A stretch of DNA of 30,000 nt from Desulfuromusa kysingii (GTDB lineage Bacteria > Desulfobacterota > Desulfuromonadia > Desulfuromonadales > Geopsychrobacteraceae). This document shows positions 7,904 through 17,374 of the stretch, one piece after another. The DNA lies in the NCBI RefSeq assembly GCF_900107645.1, contig NZ_FNQN01000007.1, positions 162,898-192,897 on the forward strand, given 5' to 3'. A program made the position numbers and the translations under genes. The notes beneath the pieces were generated by a model. The model worked only from the letters and a program-made list of their open reading frames with translations. It did no database searches and was not told the origin of the DNA. The number at the start of each line of letters is the position of its first letter. Positions within the stretch are counted from its first letter, which is position 1.

Positions 7904-9186
7904 ATCGACCTCACTCCTTTCACACCATCTTTGATCAGATTCATAAATCCTACTTTTTTCAAGTGGGGCAAGAAGGTTTTGCGCAACGGCATTGAAGGTC
8001 CGTTGACTGTAAAGAGATCATTCATCATTGCCGTGACCATTGTCGGATACTCATTGAACATGCGTGGATTATCGAGAAATTCCGGCAGAGCTTTGTAAAG
8101 TTTCATATCCTTCATGACAAAGCTGTTCGTTAGCTCAGTTGTGTAAGTCGACAAGGTTGCCTCACTGAAATCACCATCCTCTTTGGCTTTGATTGCGGCC
8201 TTTGCAGCGGCTGCCCCAGAAGCTATAGCCAAATCCATGCCACGTACTGTGTAACCGACGTTCAGGCAAAGGCCAGCGGCATCGCCGGTAATTATAACTC
8301 CGTCAGCAACCATTTTCGGCAACATTGCATAGCCACCCTCGGGAACAACATGTCCCGAATACTCAACAGACTTCCCTCCTTCGACGAGAGGCTTGACTGC
8401 TGAGTGATTTTTAAAATCCTCCAACATCTGCGGTACGCTCTTATCGGTAGTACCTGCGTTATGTAAACCAAATACAACACCAAGCGAGATACTGTCCTCG
8501 TTGGTATAAATGAAACCTCCACCCATCTGACCTGCCGATGGCATACCAGCAAAGAGCCAGGCAGCTCCTTCATTGTCGGAGCAACCGAAACGATCATTGA
8601 TCTGTTGCTTGCTCAGCTGGATCACTTCCTTGACCCCGACAGCGCAATGGTGTGGTGTTACTTGAGAGACCATACCCAACTTTTCTCCGAGAATAGAGTT
8701 AACGCCATCAGCAAGAATCACCATGTCGGCCTCCATCTCTTCGTCACCAGCAATGATACCGCACACCTTGCCGTCACGAACGATAAGGTCATCGACCCGA
8801 ATACCGGGGATGTAACCTGCTCCCTCATTTTCGGCCTTTTCTGCCAACCATTGATCAAATTTAGAGCGCAGAACAGTATATGATCGACTTTCCAGATCAG
8901 TTGCTACCGGTGTCGTATGCTCCATAGTGGTACAGCGTTCTTCATCGATAAAAGAAATCTTTTCATGCACGATACAACGTTCGATCGGAGCTTCCTCTGC
9001 AAAATTCGGTATGATTTTTTCCAGACTGTGACCATAAAGCCTGCCACCAGTCATATTTTTAGCTCCTGGAAAATTACCCCGATCAATGACAAGGCATTCC
9101 AACCCGGCCTGAGCCAACAAATACGCGCAGGTGGAACCTGCCAGACCGGCACCTACGATAATCGCGTCAAATTTTTCTTCAGACAT
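7900..9186 (-). CDS. fixC: Electron-transfer flavoprotein:quinone oxidoreductase-like FixC
   Basis: 428 aa. N-terminal FAD fold FDAIIVGAGLAGSTCAYLLAQAG. FixC/ETF-QO-like length and its position upstream of fixX support the call. Confidence 0.88.
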   Translation of the reverse strand: MSEEKFDAIIVGAGLAGSTCAYLLAQAGLECLVIDRGNFPGAKNMTGGRLYGHSLEKIIPNFAEEAPIERCIVHEKISFIDEERCTTMEHTTPVATDLESRSYTVLRSKFDQWLAEKAENEGAGYIPGIRVDDLIVRDGKVCGIIAGDEEMEADMVILADGVNSILGEKLGMVSQVTPHHCAVGVKEVIQLSKQQINDRFGCSDNEGAAWLFAGMPSAGQMGGGFIYTNEDSISLGVVFGLHNAGTTDKSVPQMLEDFKNHSAVKPLVEGGKSVEYSGHVVPEGGYAMLPKMVADGVIITGDAAGLCLNVGYTVRGMDLAIASGAAAAKAAIKAKEDGDFSEATLSTYTTELTNSFVMKDMKLYKALPEFLDNPRMFNEYPTMVTAMMNDLFTVNGPSMPLRKTFLPHLKKVGFMNLIKDGVKGVRSI

Positions 9187-9282
9187 ATTTCACCTCGCAA
9201 ACGGCCTGTGGCCAGATTGTTCTTATTCTTTTGAACACTGCCCAGAAAGAAAGCCAATCCTTATCAGGGCAGCGTCATTTAT

Positions 9283-10068
9283 TTACTTATTCTTGAAATC
9301 AGGTGTGCGTTTTTCTTCAAAAGCCTTCATGCCTTCTTTAGAATCTTCTGACTCATAAGCAGCCCTGTCGAGCATACGCTCCAAATCCAGACCGTCATTG
9401 ATCCCCTGATTCAGATAACAGTTAACACCTTGCTTTGTCAGTCGGTTGGCAACAGGAGAATTGGCCGCAATTTTTTGCGCCATTTCCATCGTTCGATCGA
9501 TCAACTCTTCGGCTTTGTAAACTTCCTGAACCAAGCCGATCTGCAAAGCTTTTTCTGCACTGATCTTATCCGCGGTAAACATCATTTTTTTAGCCTGACC
9601 AGCTCCAATAGTACGAACCATCCGCTGCGAACCACCCCAGCCTGCAATCATGCCTAAAGATGTTTCAACCAGCCCCATTTTTGCAGTTTCACTTGCAACC
9701 CTAATATCACATGCAAGAGCAAGTTCAAGCCCGCCACCCAATGCATAACCATTAATGGCGGCAATCGTTGGAATTGGGAAATTTGCAAGTTTGGTTAAAA
9801 TCCCTCTGGCCCAAACATCGACCTCTTCCAGATCATCAATAGTCGGATCGGTAAACTCTCCAACATCAGCTCCGGCGCAGAAAGCCCTGTCACCTTCTCC
9901 GGTAAAAATGGCACAACGCAAGTCGGCTTCTTGCTTAAGTTCGTTCATAACGTCGCGGATATCTCGCAACATCTGACCATTCAAAATGTTGTATTTCGGC
10001 AAGTTCAGTGTCACCAAAGCGATCTTATTATTTACTTCACACTTAATAGTCTCGTATTTATATGCCAT
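9283..10068 (-). CDS. Enoyl-CoA hydratase/isomerase (crotonase) family protein in the CaiD position
   Basis: 261 aa. Crotonase oxyanion-hole motifs FCAGADV and INGYALGGGLELALACDIR, and C-terminal EGMKAFEEKRTPDFKNK. It starts 12 nt after the caiB stop. Carnitinyl-CoA dehydratase function is inferred from context only. Confidence 0.85.
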   Translation of the reverse strand: MAYKYETIKCEVNNKIALVTLNLPKYNILNGQMLRDIRDVMNELKQEADLRCAIFTGEGDRAFCAGADVGEFTDPTIDDLEEVDVWARGILTKLANFPIPTIAAINGYALGGGLELALACDIRVASETAKMGLVETSLGMIAGWGGSQRMVRTIGAGQAKKMMFTADKISAEKALQIGLVQEVYKAEELIDRTMEMAQKIAANSPVANRLTKQGVNCYLNQGINDGLDLERMLDRAAYESEDSKEGMKAFEEKRTPDFKNK

Positions 10069-10080
10069 GGTATTTTCCCT

Positions 10081-11334
10081 TTATTTATCTCGGTCGTTCC
10101 TGAAAATAACGCCTTTGTGATATAGCTCGTTAATTTGTTCTTCGGAGTAGCCCAAATCTTCTAGGATCACATCGTTGTCATAGCCGATATGTGGCATCGA
10201 ACGCCAAATCTTGGTTGGATTGACCTTGAACCGAGGAACCACATTGACTCCTTTATATTTTTCTTCCGTAGTCATCGTGTCCCAATCAACCCACATGTCA
10301 CGTGCTTTATATTGCGGATGCTCGACAACATCTTTGAATGACAATACTGGTGCAGCAGCAACCTTCATAGAATCGAAAATTTCAATATGTTCTTCGTTGG
10401 TTTTAGTTTTGAAATAAGCCTCAACCTTTGACTCAACATAATCTGCTTTGTCCCAGTTCAAATTGATGAAGGAGAAGCCTTCTTTGAAATCACCGACACC
10501 GTAAAGCTCTTCACAACCAATCATATTAAACAGCGTCTTCATCTGCTTTCGACCGAGAATATTGGTGAACAAAAAGCCATTTTTAGTTTTATAAATTCCG
10601 GTTGCCCCCTGAATAGGATCTTTTGCGCCAGGACGTGGGTACATTCGACCATCGTTCAAGTAATCGACCATATTATAGGTCGACAAGCGCATTAAAACTT
10701 CGGTCATGGCAATATCAACACTCTCCCCTTTACCCGTTTCACGGGCCCGGATCAGTGCTGCCAGAGTTGAAGACAAACTAAACATAGCCGTAAACAAGTC
10801 ACCAACATAAGGATAAGCTGGCATCGGCGATTCTGGAGTCCCGTTTTGGCTCATATAACCAGACATCGCTTGGGCAATACCATCGTAACAAGGTCTATCA
10901 ATATAGTTCGGATCTGCGTCCTCCTGGCCATAACCAGAGATACGGGTTATAACAAGCTTGGGATTGATCGCCCATAGGAACTCATCCGTAATCCCTTTAC
11001 GGATGAAACTGGGCCCCTTGCCACCGACAAGAAAAACATCTGCCTCTTTAACGAGTTTTTTGAAAACTGCCATTCCGTCTTCAGAGAAGATATCGAGCGA
11101 CATGGATCGGTCATTTCTATGCTCGTGCTCTGATGGTCGGTAGTTACGGTTAGTATCTCCACCGTTGACATTCTCCAACCAAATAACATCTGCTCCCCAT
11201 TCAGCCATAAAATGGGGACCTAGAGGCCCAGCGACTTCAATAGCAGAGAAAACAACCTTTACGCCTTGCAATACACCAAACTTAGGAGGTCTGTGCTCAG
11301 AATTATCAAAAAACTCCTTCACGTCATTTTTCAT
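10081..11334 (-). CDS. caiB: Family III CoA-transferase, CaiB-like (crotonobetainyl/gamma-butyrobetainyl-CoA:carnitine CoA-transferase)
   Basis: 417 aa. Long collinear similarity to recalled E. coli CaiB: PKFG.L.G.KVVFS.IE.AGP...AEWGA.VIW.EN, ETGKGES.DIAM.EV..R, NP..IWR.MP..G.D. Confidence 0.88.
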   Translation of the reverse strand: MKNDVKEFFDNSEHRPPKFGVLQGVKVVFSAIEVAGPLGPHFMAEWGADVIWLENVNGGDTNRNYRPSEHEHRNDRSMSLDIFSEDGMAVFKKLVKEADVFLVGGKGPSFIRKGITDEFLWAINPKLVITRISGYGQEDADPNYIDRPCYDGIAQAMSGYMSQNGTPESPMPAYPYVGDLFTAMFSLSSTLAALIRARETGKGESVDIAMTEVLMRLSTYNMVDYLNDGRMYPRPGAKDPIQGATGIYKTKNGFLFTNILGRKQMKTLFNMIGCEELYGVGDFKEGFSFINLNWDKADYVESKVEAYFKTKTNEEHIEIFDSMKVAAAPVLSFKDVVEHPQYKARDMWVDWDTMTTEEKYKGVNVVPRFKVNPTKIWRSMPHIGYDNDVILEDLGYSEEQINELYHKGVIFRNDRDK

Positions 11335-11551
11335 AATAATATCCTTTTAATTGGTAGCAAAAACTTAGAGCTGCCGCTTTATAAGTAACCATTTAGACAA
11401 TCTGGTAGTTTATATAAAATGATAGACTGCATGCCTCAAACCGAAGAGCATACCCTTCAGTAACTTCTCACAAAGCGCTGACCTCTTAAGCTCTACCTTT
11501 AAAGTTGAGGGATTCACGAGGAATCCCCCTTCTCGATATTTAAAATTGAAA

Positions 11552-12694
11552 CTATTTGTTCCGGTATTCTTTAACTATGGATCTGCCCAAGGTAAGGATC
11601 ATCATTTCGTCGGTACCACCAGAAATACGGGAAGCACGGATGTCTCTCCAAGCACGGCTAGCACGATGATCACCGCAGATACCTACACCGGCAAGAATCT
11701 GCAGTGCGTCATCAGTAACTTCCTGAGCAGCAACAACGCAGTAGTATTTACACATCGCAGCGTAACCTTTATCTAGGGTGCCATCATCCACCATCTCGGC
11801 ACCGTCATAGATCATGTTGCGCATATTGGTGAGCTTGGCTTTCATATTTGCAAGCTTCAATTGAATCAGCTGTTGGCGTCCGATGGCCTCACCAAACTGT
11901 ACCCGTTGGTTAGCGTATTTGGCAGCATCTTCGAATGCGCAAAGAGCATAGCCATAACAGTAAAGACCCGAAACAACACGTTCCGTGTTGAAATCGTTCT
12001 TTTGCATATCAAACCCTGCACCTTCAGCCCCTAACATGTCGTCTTCTTCTAGTTCGACATTGTCCAGGTAAATTTCGCCTGCACTATTAGTTTTAAGACC
12101 CAATTTTTCCAGACCAGCAATAGTGACACCTTCTGCATTTGTCGGAACAAACCAGTTTGTATATTTGGTTTTGGTTTCCGCATCAAGAGCTGTAACTATC
12201 AGGTAGTCGCTGTAAGTAGCATCGGTACAAAACGTTTTTTGGCCGTTCAGGTAAACCTTACCGTCTTTACGGGTATACGTGGTCTGCATAGCCCCTAGGT
12301 CAGATCCAGCTCCCGGCTCAGTAGCCGCGTTTCCAACCTTGGTCAAACCGGTTTCCATTAATTCCAAAGCAATTTTTTTCTGCTTCTCATTCCCTTCCCT
12401 TAAGATAACGGGATAAGTTGATGAGAACCAGATGCATGCTGCATTACCGCCAAGCCGAAGAACTTCCTCCCAAGCGGCAACAAATGTGACCATTGCATTT
12501 TCTTCAAGTCCGCCGTATTCAACAGGATTAACAATTTGGTGCAAGCCCAATTCAGATAATTCTTTGCAAAATCTTTCGGGAAATTTGTGCTCGTTATCAC
12601 ACTCCTTAAAATAATCATCCCAATTTTCCCTAGTCATCAACTCTCTCATACTTGCAACAATCAAATTTTGTTCTTCAGTTAGTTTTACAGACAT
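11552..12694 (-). CDS. caiA: Acyl-CoA dehydrogenase family flavoprotein, CaiA-like (crotonobetainyl-CoA reductase)
   Basis: 380 aa, the same length as E. coli CaiA. Near-identical blocks: ATEPGAGSD, TTYTRKDGKVYLNG, CAFEDAAKYANQRVQFGEAIGR.QLIQ.K, AAMCKY, SGG.DEM.ILTLGR. AAGGAG RBS is present. Confidence 0.9.
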   Translation of the reverse strand: MSVKLTEEQNLIVASMRELMTRENWDDYFKECDNEHKFPERFCKELSELGLHQIVNPVEYGGLEENAMVTFVAAWEEVLRLGGNAACIWFSSTYPVILREGNEKQKKIALELMETGLTKVGNAATEPGAGSDLGAMQTTYTRKDGKVYLNGQKTFCTDATYSDYLIVTALDAETKTKYTNWFVPTNAEGVTIAGLEKLGLKTNSAGEIYLDNVELEEDDMLGAEGAGFDMQKNDFNTERVVSGLYCYGYALCAFEDAAKYANQRVQFGEAIGRQQLIQLKLANMKAKLTNMRNMIYDGAEMVDDGTLDKGYAAMCKYYCVVAAQEVTDDALQILAGVGICGDHRASRAWRDIRASRISGGTDEMMILTLGRSIVKEYRNK

Positions 12695-12752
12695 CGCGCT
12701 TCTCCTTTTTTCATGTTTTATTACTGTAAATAATCAAGACGACTTACTCATA

Positions 12753-12768
12753 GAGCAATTAAAATGCC
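12753..12768 (-). promoter_or_regulatory. Sigma-54 (-24/-12) promoter for the caiA unit
   Basis: The minus strand reads TGGCATTTTAATTGCT, with correct spacing. The predicted leader to the caiA ATG is about 50 nt. Confidence 0.7.
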
Positions 12769-12834
12769 AACGCCCAACCATCTGATATAAGACGTTTATT
12801 TAAAAACAAAACATATTCCACATGGGTCTCATTG

Positions 12835-12875
12835 TTGACAGTTTCACAAAAGGTGTAAACACCTCTTTGACAATT
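12835..12875. promoter_or_regulatory. Candidate enhancer (UAS) upstream of the caiA promoter
   Basis: TTGACAGTTTCACAAAAGGTGTAAACACCTCTTTGACAATT. It has a near-palindromic core AAAGGTGT-AA-ACACCTCTTT flanked by TTGACA repeats, about 70-110 bp upstream of the -24 element. The motifs recur at the other cai/fix-type promoters. Confidence 0.4.
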
Positions 12876-13199
12876 TAGACCGAAACCCTAAAGAGAAAGC
12901 AGTCATGATTTTTCAGAGGAGAAAACTGAAGATTTATTTTTTTACGGCAAGGGAGTCAGCGCGGCATGGAACATTCGTTAACGTAAGCGAGGAAAGCTCA
13001 CGGAGGGGCTCCAGGCTATAACTGACAACGATAGAAAGCTGGTAAAGATAGTCAGTTTTCGACTTTCAAAACGAGGAGAAGGGTGAAGCGCTCAACATCA
13101 TGCCTGCAAGACAACGGCTTCGGTAACTCGAACCAACCTATTTTATGACCAAGAAGATTACGATCCAAAGAATTGACCCGGAGTACAACCTAACGACTT

Positions 13200-13981
13200 T
13201 CAGAACTTATGGATAAAGGCACTTACACTTTCACACCCAACATCTATGGCCACTTCTTGAACCGGCATCCCCCGCGCCAAGAGACAAAGAGCCTCAATGA
13301 GCCTTGCCTGTTGCCGCCATTGCCGAAAACTCATCCCTGTTCCTTTTGGAAAAAGTCGGGCCAGGGTTCTTTCCGTTGGTCCTGCTATTTTTGCCCAACT
13401 CTCGAGCGTACGGGTATCACAGGGATTTTCAGCAATGCTCCGGGTAATTTTCTGCAGACGACTGTCCGTAGGATGGGGAAGCAGTATCGGAGCCGTATCC
13501 AGAGGCTTAACCTGATCAATAATAACGTCCATCACTCTCGACTCATGACTGTTTTCTGCATAATCGGGAGATATTTCTGTCGCATGCTTGAAAAGTTCCC
13601 TCAATAGAGGGGTGACAGATACAACGCAACATTGGGTAGGGAATTCGGAAAAAAATCAGGCTTAAAATATGCATTACGCATCGCCAGAACACCAACAGCC
13701 TCGATCTTATGAAGAGTGTTCGACGGAATCCAAACCGCGGGATGGTTCGGAATCACCCAGAGACCTGTCACTGTTGTAACTTTCATCACTCCCTCGGAAG
13801 CGTATAAAAACTGTATGGGGATGTGCTGATGATAGGGACAACTTAAACCTTTATGGTAATTAAATGCTTTGGCTAGAACCTTCTGTGGCTTTTCCATAAA
13901 TCGTTCAAGAAAATCATCCGGCTCAACAATTGTCTTCTTCTCTACACCATTCGGCTTCATTTCGATAACAGGACTCACCAA
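13200..13981 (-). pseudogene. AraC/XylS-family regulator (cupin N-domain plus HTH C-domain) interrupted by a frameshift
   Basis: Two overlapping ORFs: the cupin part at 13601-13981 (a likely real ATG is at 13960) and the AraC HTH part at 13200-13604. The N-frame ends ...YLSPLY*. The other frame reads ..PLLRELFKH.., a typical linker of one continuous protein. The break lies at a CCCC run (13609-13612). Confidence 0.7.
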
Positions 13982-14033
13982 AAACTGTTAGAGTGATTTT
14001 TTAGACAAGCATAAATGAAAGCTATTCTACGAC

Positions 14034-15200
14034 ATGAACTATCGCATGCTGAATTTATTATCTTTAAGCCATCTGGCAAACGACATTAATCAGGGCGCAC
14101 TTCCCGCGCTCTTACCGTTTTTGATTGTCAAACACACGCTGTCCTACAGTGCTGCTGCGGGAATCATGTTTGCTTTCACCATTACTTCAACCGTTATTCA
14201 GCCGCTGCTGGGCCATCTGGCCGATCGTTTTAATAATAGTTGGCTTATTCCTTCAGGGCTGATCATGGCCGGTGGCGGACTAGCTCTTACTGGGCTATCG
14301 CCCAACTATACTATGATCCTTTTGGCCGTCATCATGAGTGGAATCGGCAGCGCGGCTTTTCATCCTGAGGCCGCCCGGCACGTCGATCTATACAGTGATC
14401 ATAAAAAAGCAACGGCCATGAGTTATTTTGGTGTCGGTGGTAGCATTGGTTTTTCTCTAGGCCCGTTGTTAATGACCGCCTCTATTCTTTATTTTGGGCT
14501 GAATGGTACAATGGTAATGTTTGTTCCTGTTGCAATTGTCGCGCTGATATTCCGTGCACAACTCAGGCAGTCAACAGCCTGTAATAAATCGCCCCAAACA
14601 GTACAAAAGATACAAACAAGAGCAGACCACAAGGACGATTGGGGAGCCTTCTGCAAACTCACTTTAACCATCGTTGGAAAATCAATTATTTTTTACGCCT
14701 TTCTCACCTTCATCCCACTTTATTGGACAACGGTTTTGCAACAAACCAAACTTGCCGGGGGAATGGCACTCACCCTCTTCTCAGTGGCGGGAATATTAGG
14801 AAATTTTCTCGGAGGAAAATTGGCAGACCGTTTTGGGTATAAGACAATTGTTGTTTCAGGATGTACGCTATTGGTTCCAACTATTCCCGCTTTTATTCTG
14901 ACCAACAATGTATACTTTGCCGCTATATTGCTGGCGCTAACGGGAGCATTTCTCTTACTCACCTATGGGCCAACCGTCGTTATGGGGCAAAAATACATCC
15001 CCAACCATGTCGGCTTATCCTCGGGGATGACCCTTGGCGTCGCCTTTTCTATTGGAGGAGGGGTCACACCATTGTTAGGCTCCCTGGCTGATGCTCATGG
15101 CGTTGGCACTGCGCTGTCCACCATTACCATAATTCCGGTATTGATAATGTTCCTCTCTTTCACATTAAAACCCCTTGAATTACACGCTGTCGTAAAGTAA
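14034..15200 (+). CDS. MFS transporter (Fsr-like)
   Basis: 388 aa with about 12 hydrophobic segments. N-terminal SLSHLANDINQGALPALLPFL ... IQPLLGHLADRF is typical of the Fsr-type MFS subfamily. It is divergent from the AraC pseudogene. Confidence 0.85.
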   Translation: MNYRMLNLLSLSHLANDINQGALPALLPFLIVKHTLSYSAAAGIMFAFTITSTVIQPLLGHLADRFNNSWLIPSGLIMAGGGLALTGLSPNYTMILLAVIMSGIGSAAFHPEAARHVDLYSDHKKATAMSYFGVGGSIGFSLGPLLMTASILYFGLNGTMVMFVPVAIVALIFRAQLRQSTACNKSPQTVQKIQTRADHKDDWGAFCKLTLTIVGKSIIFYAFLTFIPLYWTTVLQQTKLAGGMALTLFSVAGILGNFLGGKLADRFGYKTIVVSGCTLLVPTIPAFILTNNVYFAAILLALTGAFLLLTYGPTVVMGQKYIPNHVGLSSGMTLGVAFSIGGGVTPLLGSLADAHGVGTALSTITIIPVLIMFLSFTLKPLELHAVVK

Positions 15201-15284
15201 CAAATCTTAACCATATTGTGACATTTTGTCTGTAAGGGTACCTGCCTTTACATGAATACTGCGGAGAACATGCGGACTGGGGGT

Positions 15285-16856
15285 TCAAAAGTACTTTTTA
15301 AACCCTAGTCGTTCACCCTCTTCATGTAAATATTTCCAAAAGGAAATAAGCATAAGAGCCATCAAAAAGGAAATGGGCAAGCCACCCACAACAGCTGCCG
15401 TTTGACAAGCTTTCAATCCACCGACCAAAATGAGAGTTACAGCGAGAATGACAATAGAAAAACCTGCGATCATTCGCACGAGTCGGCAAGGCTCTGCTGA
15501 ACCATTTGTCAGTTGCATTGAACAAAAGAAAGCCGCTGAGTCAGCAGAAGTGATCATAAATACAAAAAGCATAAACATTGTGACTATTGAAAATAAATAA
15601 CCAAGTGGCCATTGACTGACCATAACGTAAAAACCAGCACCAATATCTTTTTGAATCTCTGCCCATAAAGATACATTGCCTGCCATCTCAGTATAAACAG
15701 CGGAGACTCCAAAGGTTGTGTACCAAACGATACAAGTGAAAACAGGGACAAAGGTACAAACAAGAAGCATTTCCCGCAAACTTCTCCCTTTAGAAATCCT
15801 TGCCAAAAAACCTCCAACAAAAGGAACAAATGAAAACCACCACCCCCAATAAAAGACCTTCCACCATCCCATCCACTGACCATCAAAAGCCTGTTCTGTC
15901 GCATCTGTATATAAACTTAAATATATTAAGTTACCGAAATATTCACCAGGGATCTGGATCATCCAATCTAAAATATGCCGAGTGGGTCCTAAAAACAAAA
16001 CATAACAAAAAACAGCTATTGCAATATATGCATTTACATGACTCAATGTTTTGATACCGGAGTCTAGTCCCCTCCAAACAGACCAGCAAAACCCCAATCC
16101 AATCAGACAGGTCACAAAGATCATCCGAGTTGTATCCAAATGAATACCAAATAAATAATTTATACCGAACCGTAATGAAATAAGCCCCAGCCCTATGGAT
16201 GTAGAAATACCTAAAAAGTTAACAACCATAGCAATCAATTCAAAGATCGTGCTTGGAACTTTTGAATAAGCTTTATCTCCCATCAAACCATAAAATGCAG
16301 TAGAGTAATTAATAGGCAAACCACACCTGAAAGCCGGAAGTCCGATACAAGCACCTGCAACAGCAAAAATGCCGAAGCCACCCAACCCCGTATGCATAAT
16401 TGTGATCTGGAACGACTGTCTTAATGCGTCCATAGTTCCCGCCTCAGCCCCTAGCGGCGGTTGCATCCAATGATACACAGGTTCAGCTACCGCCCAAACA
16501 ACAACCGAGACGGCAAAAGAGCAACATATAAGCATAGTCATCCATGAAAAAATTGAATATTCCGGTTTGTCATCTGGCTTACCTAGCTTCAACGAACCAT
16601 ATTTAGTAAAAGGTATAATAAATATAGGAAGGCAAAAAACAGCATCTAAACCAATGTACCACCAACCAAAATACCTGGCGATAAACATCTTGACTGAACC
16701 CATATGGGCATTCATTAATGCTGGATCAATTGCAGCGTAAATAACAATGGAAAGCAAGGCAATGACACTTCCCCCCGCCAAAAGGAAATTAATCTTTTCT
16801 TTTTCCGGTTCACTATCACTCTCATTCACCACCTGCGTAGTTTTCTCACAACTCAT
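15285..16856 (-). CDS. BCCT-family (betaine/carnitine/choline) transporter
   Basis: 523 aa and polytopic. Canonical BCCT Trp-box WWKVFYWGWWFSFVPFVGGFLARISKGRSLRE. AGGAG lies 6 nt before the ATG. Confidence 0.9.
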   Translation of the reverse strand: MSCEKTTQVVNESDSEPEKEKINFLLAGGSVIALLSIVIYAAIDPALMNAHMGSVKMFIARYFGWWYIGLDAVFCLPIFIIPFTKYGSLKLGKPDDKPEYSIFSWMTMLICCSFAVSVVVWAVAEPVYHWMQPPLGAEAGTMDALRQSFQITIMHTGLGGFGIFAVAGACIGLPAFRCGLPINYSTAFYGLMGDKAYSKVPSTIFELIAMVVNFLGISTSIGLGLISLRFGINYLFGIHLDTTRMIFVTCLIGLGFCWSVWRGLDSGIKTLSHVNAYIAIAVFCYVLFLGPTRHILDWMIQIPGEYFGNLIYLSLYTDATEQAFDGQWMGWWKVFYWGWWFSFVPFVGGFLARISKGRSLREMLLVCTFVPVFTCIVWYTTFGVSAVYTEMAGNVSLWAEIQKDIGAGFYVMVSQWPLGYLFSIVTMFMLFVFMITSADSAAFFCSMQLTNGSAEPCRLVRMIAGFSIVILAVTLILVGGLKACQTAAVVGGLPISFLMALMLISFWKYLHEEGERLGFKKYF

Positions 16857-16899
16857 GTCGTCTCCTGTTGCCCCTCAAAGGTAAGGTTAAATCAACAAA

Positions 16900-16915
16900 A
16901 GCAAGACATATTCCA
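16900..16915 (-). promoter_or_regulatory. Probable sigma-54 promoter for the BCCT gene
   Basis: The minus strand reads TGGAATATGTCTTGCT. GG/GC spacing is correct, but the -24 box is weaker (TGGAAT). The leader is about 35 nt. Confidence 0.5.
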
Positions 16916-17374
16916 ATCGAAAAAAGCAACAATTTTCCATGGGTTAAATAAGGCTCAAACAAAACTTCGGGTTGACACCAATAAGCTACCCATCAGGTCG
17001 TTGGGGGACGGGTAAGGATGAGGGTGTGGTAAAATATTGAGTTAACATTGTTAGCTAATAATTTAGAGATCTGTTATCTACAAAAAGATATGAGTATTGA
17101 AAAAATCTGTAAAGCGCAAGACGACACACTCAACCCAGAATTGACACCCTAGCCCCTTTTAAGAGCAAAAAAAACGAACTCTTATCTCAAAGAGGCACTG
17201 GTTAATACCAAAGGTGTTTTTCATGCAAAAATACATAAATCAGACAAATCAACCCCTGTAACCTAATCTACGCAGAAGCGCGCAGCTTACGAGTATCAAT
17301 TGATCTCTATTGAAAATAGAGATCAATCATCATCATAAATGAATAAAGAAAAATCTCTCCCGAATAAACTAGAA

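Noticed and set aside
7308-8098. Track ORFs 7308-7727 (+), 7488-7718 (-), 7600-7785 (-) and 7667-8098 (+)
   Set aside because: They overlap fixX, fixC or the RHH ORF in other frames, have low-complexity composition and show no motifs.
16925-16939. Second possible -24/-12 element, TGGAAAATTGTTGCT (minus strand), upstream of the first BCCT gene
   Set aside because: The GG-to-GC spacing is one nucleotide short of the invariant sigma-54 spacing. The neighbouring element at 16900-16915 fits.
17299-17327. Perfect 13-bp palindrome ATTGATCTCTATT-GAA-AATAGAGATCAAT as a transposon end or terminator
   Set aside because: It is a single copy in the window, with no partner repeat, transposase or target duplication. 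No U-tract follows it on either strand. It may be a weak terminator of the nitroreductase gene or a protein site, but I cannot support a specific call.
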